NCBI GenBank assembly: GCA_050735015.1
Contig: JBOHUY010000106.1
Location: forward strand, 1-33,357
Direction of reading: 5' to 3'
Source: Candidatus Dormibacterales bacterium
GTDB taxonomy: Bacteria; Chloroflexota; Dormibacteria; Dormibacterales; Dormibacteraceae
DNA length: 33,357 bases
The position numbers were made by a program, and so were the translations under genes. How positions within the stretch are numbered: the first letter of the stretch is position 1; every line of letters begins with the position of its first letter. Of this stretch, positions 33,134-33,357 are shown in pieces. The notes beneath the pieces are model-generated. The model was not told the DNA's origin and ran no database searches. It was given only the letters and a program-made list of their open reading frames with translations.

Positions 33134-33357
33134 ATGGAACAAGGAGCGGACCGGCCGCAGGTCTCCAAGGACGGGCTCTGGTGGTGGGACGGCCTCAAGT
33201 GGCGGTCCACGCTTTCCGCCGACGGCCGCCAGCGCTGGGACGGCCGCCGGTGGATGCCCTTCGAGTCGATCCCGACCGAGGCCCCCTCCGTGACCGCGAC
33301 CATGATCGCCCCCGCCTCCGCCTTCGCGACCGCCTCCTCCGCCGCCCCGCCCCGGCC
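33134..33357 (+). CDS. Hypothetical protein (5-prime part only; runs off the right edge) with two W-x-DG-x-x-W motifs
   Basis: The ATG at 33134 is preceded by GGAAGGAGG plus a 6-nt spacer. The frame stays open to the window end: MEQGADRPQVSKDGLWWWDGLKWRSTLSADGRQRWDGRRWMPFESIPTEAPSVTATMIAPASAF.... It is absent from the track because there is no stop. Confidence 0.5.
   Translation, partial: MEQGADRPQVSKDGLWWWDGLKWRSTLSADGRQRWDGRRWMPFESIPTEAPSVTATMIAPASAFATASSAAPPR

Overview
High-GC bacterial chromosomal segment. Single 60-nt lines I counted range from about 58% to 78% GC. DosR-like regulators, a Ppm1-like GT2, a PafBC-like WYL regulator, frequent GTG/TTG starts and apparent leaderless starts suggest an Actinomycetota-like lineage; this is inference only. 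I support about 33 coding regions, one IS relic, one enzyme pseudogene and several hairpins. I found no rRNA, tRNA or CRISPR array. Many long ORFs in the track are Arg/Pro/Gly-rich alternative-frame shadows of real genes and were discarded. Gene order from left to right: (1) a partial P-type cation ATPase with a structured upstream region; (2) two hypothetical proteins; (3) a three-gene split cytochrome b6-like module on the minus strand, including a 50-aa ORF missing from the track; (4) two paralogous DosR-like response regulators plus a soluble PAS-PAS-GAF histidine kinase; (5) a decayed IS630 transposase; (6) a 1131-aa Cas4-like nuclease / RNase-H-fold / SF1 helicase fusion transcribed divergently from an HTH-WYL-WCX regulator; (7) an orphan LivJ-type lipoprotein and a sulfotransferase; (8) a four-gene sugar ABC importer; (9) a truncated, frameshifted aryl-acid adenylase remnant; (10) an envelope cluster of bactofilin, methyltransferase, CheY-like receiver, PAP2 phosphatase, GT51 transglycosylase and polyprenol-P-mannose synthase; (11) HxlR regulator, zinc-ribbon/degenerate GGDEF protein, cupin, ComB-family phosphatase, AIM24 protein, lipoate-ligase-family protein and class III aminotransferase. 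The best candidate for an undescribed system is the WYL-regulator + nuclease-helicase cassette at about 9.6-14.7 kb. It may have a small zinc-ribbon ORF downstream and it borders the IS relic. The second candidate is the atypical split cytochrome b module at 3.35-5.12 kb beside the DosR-like circuit. All family calls come from motifs read by eye, with no database search.
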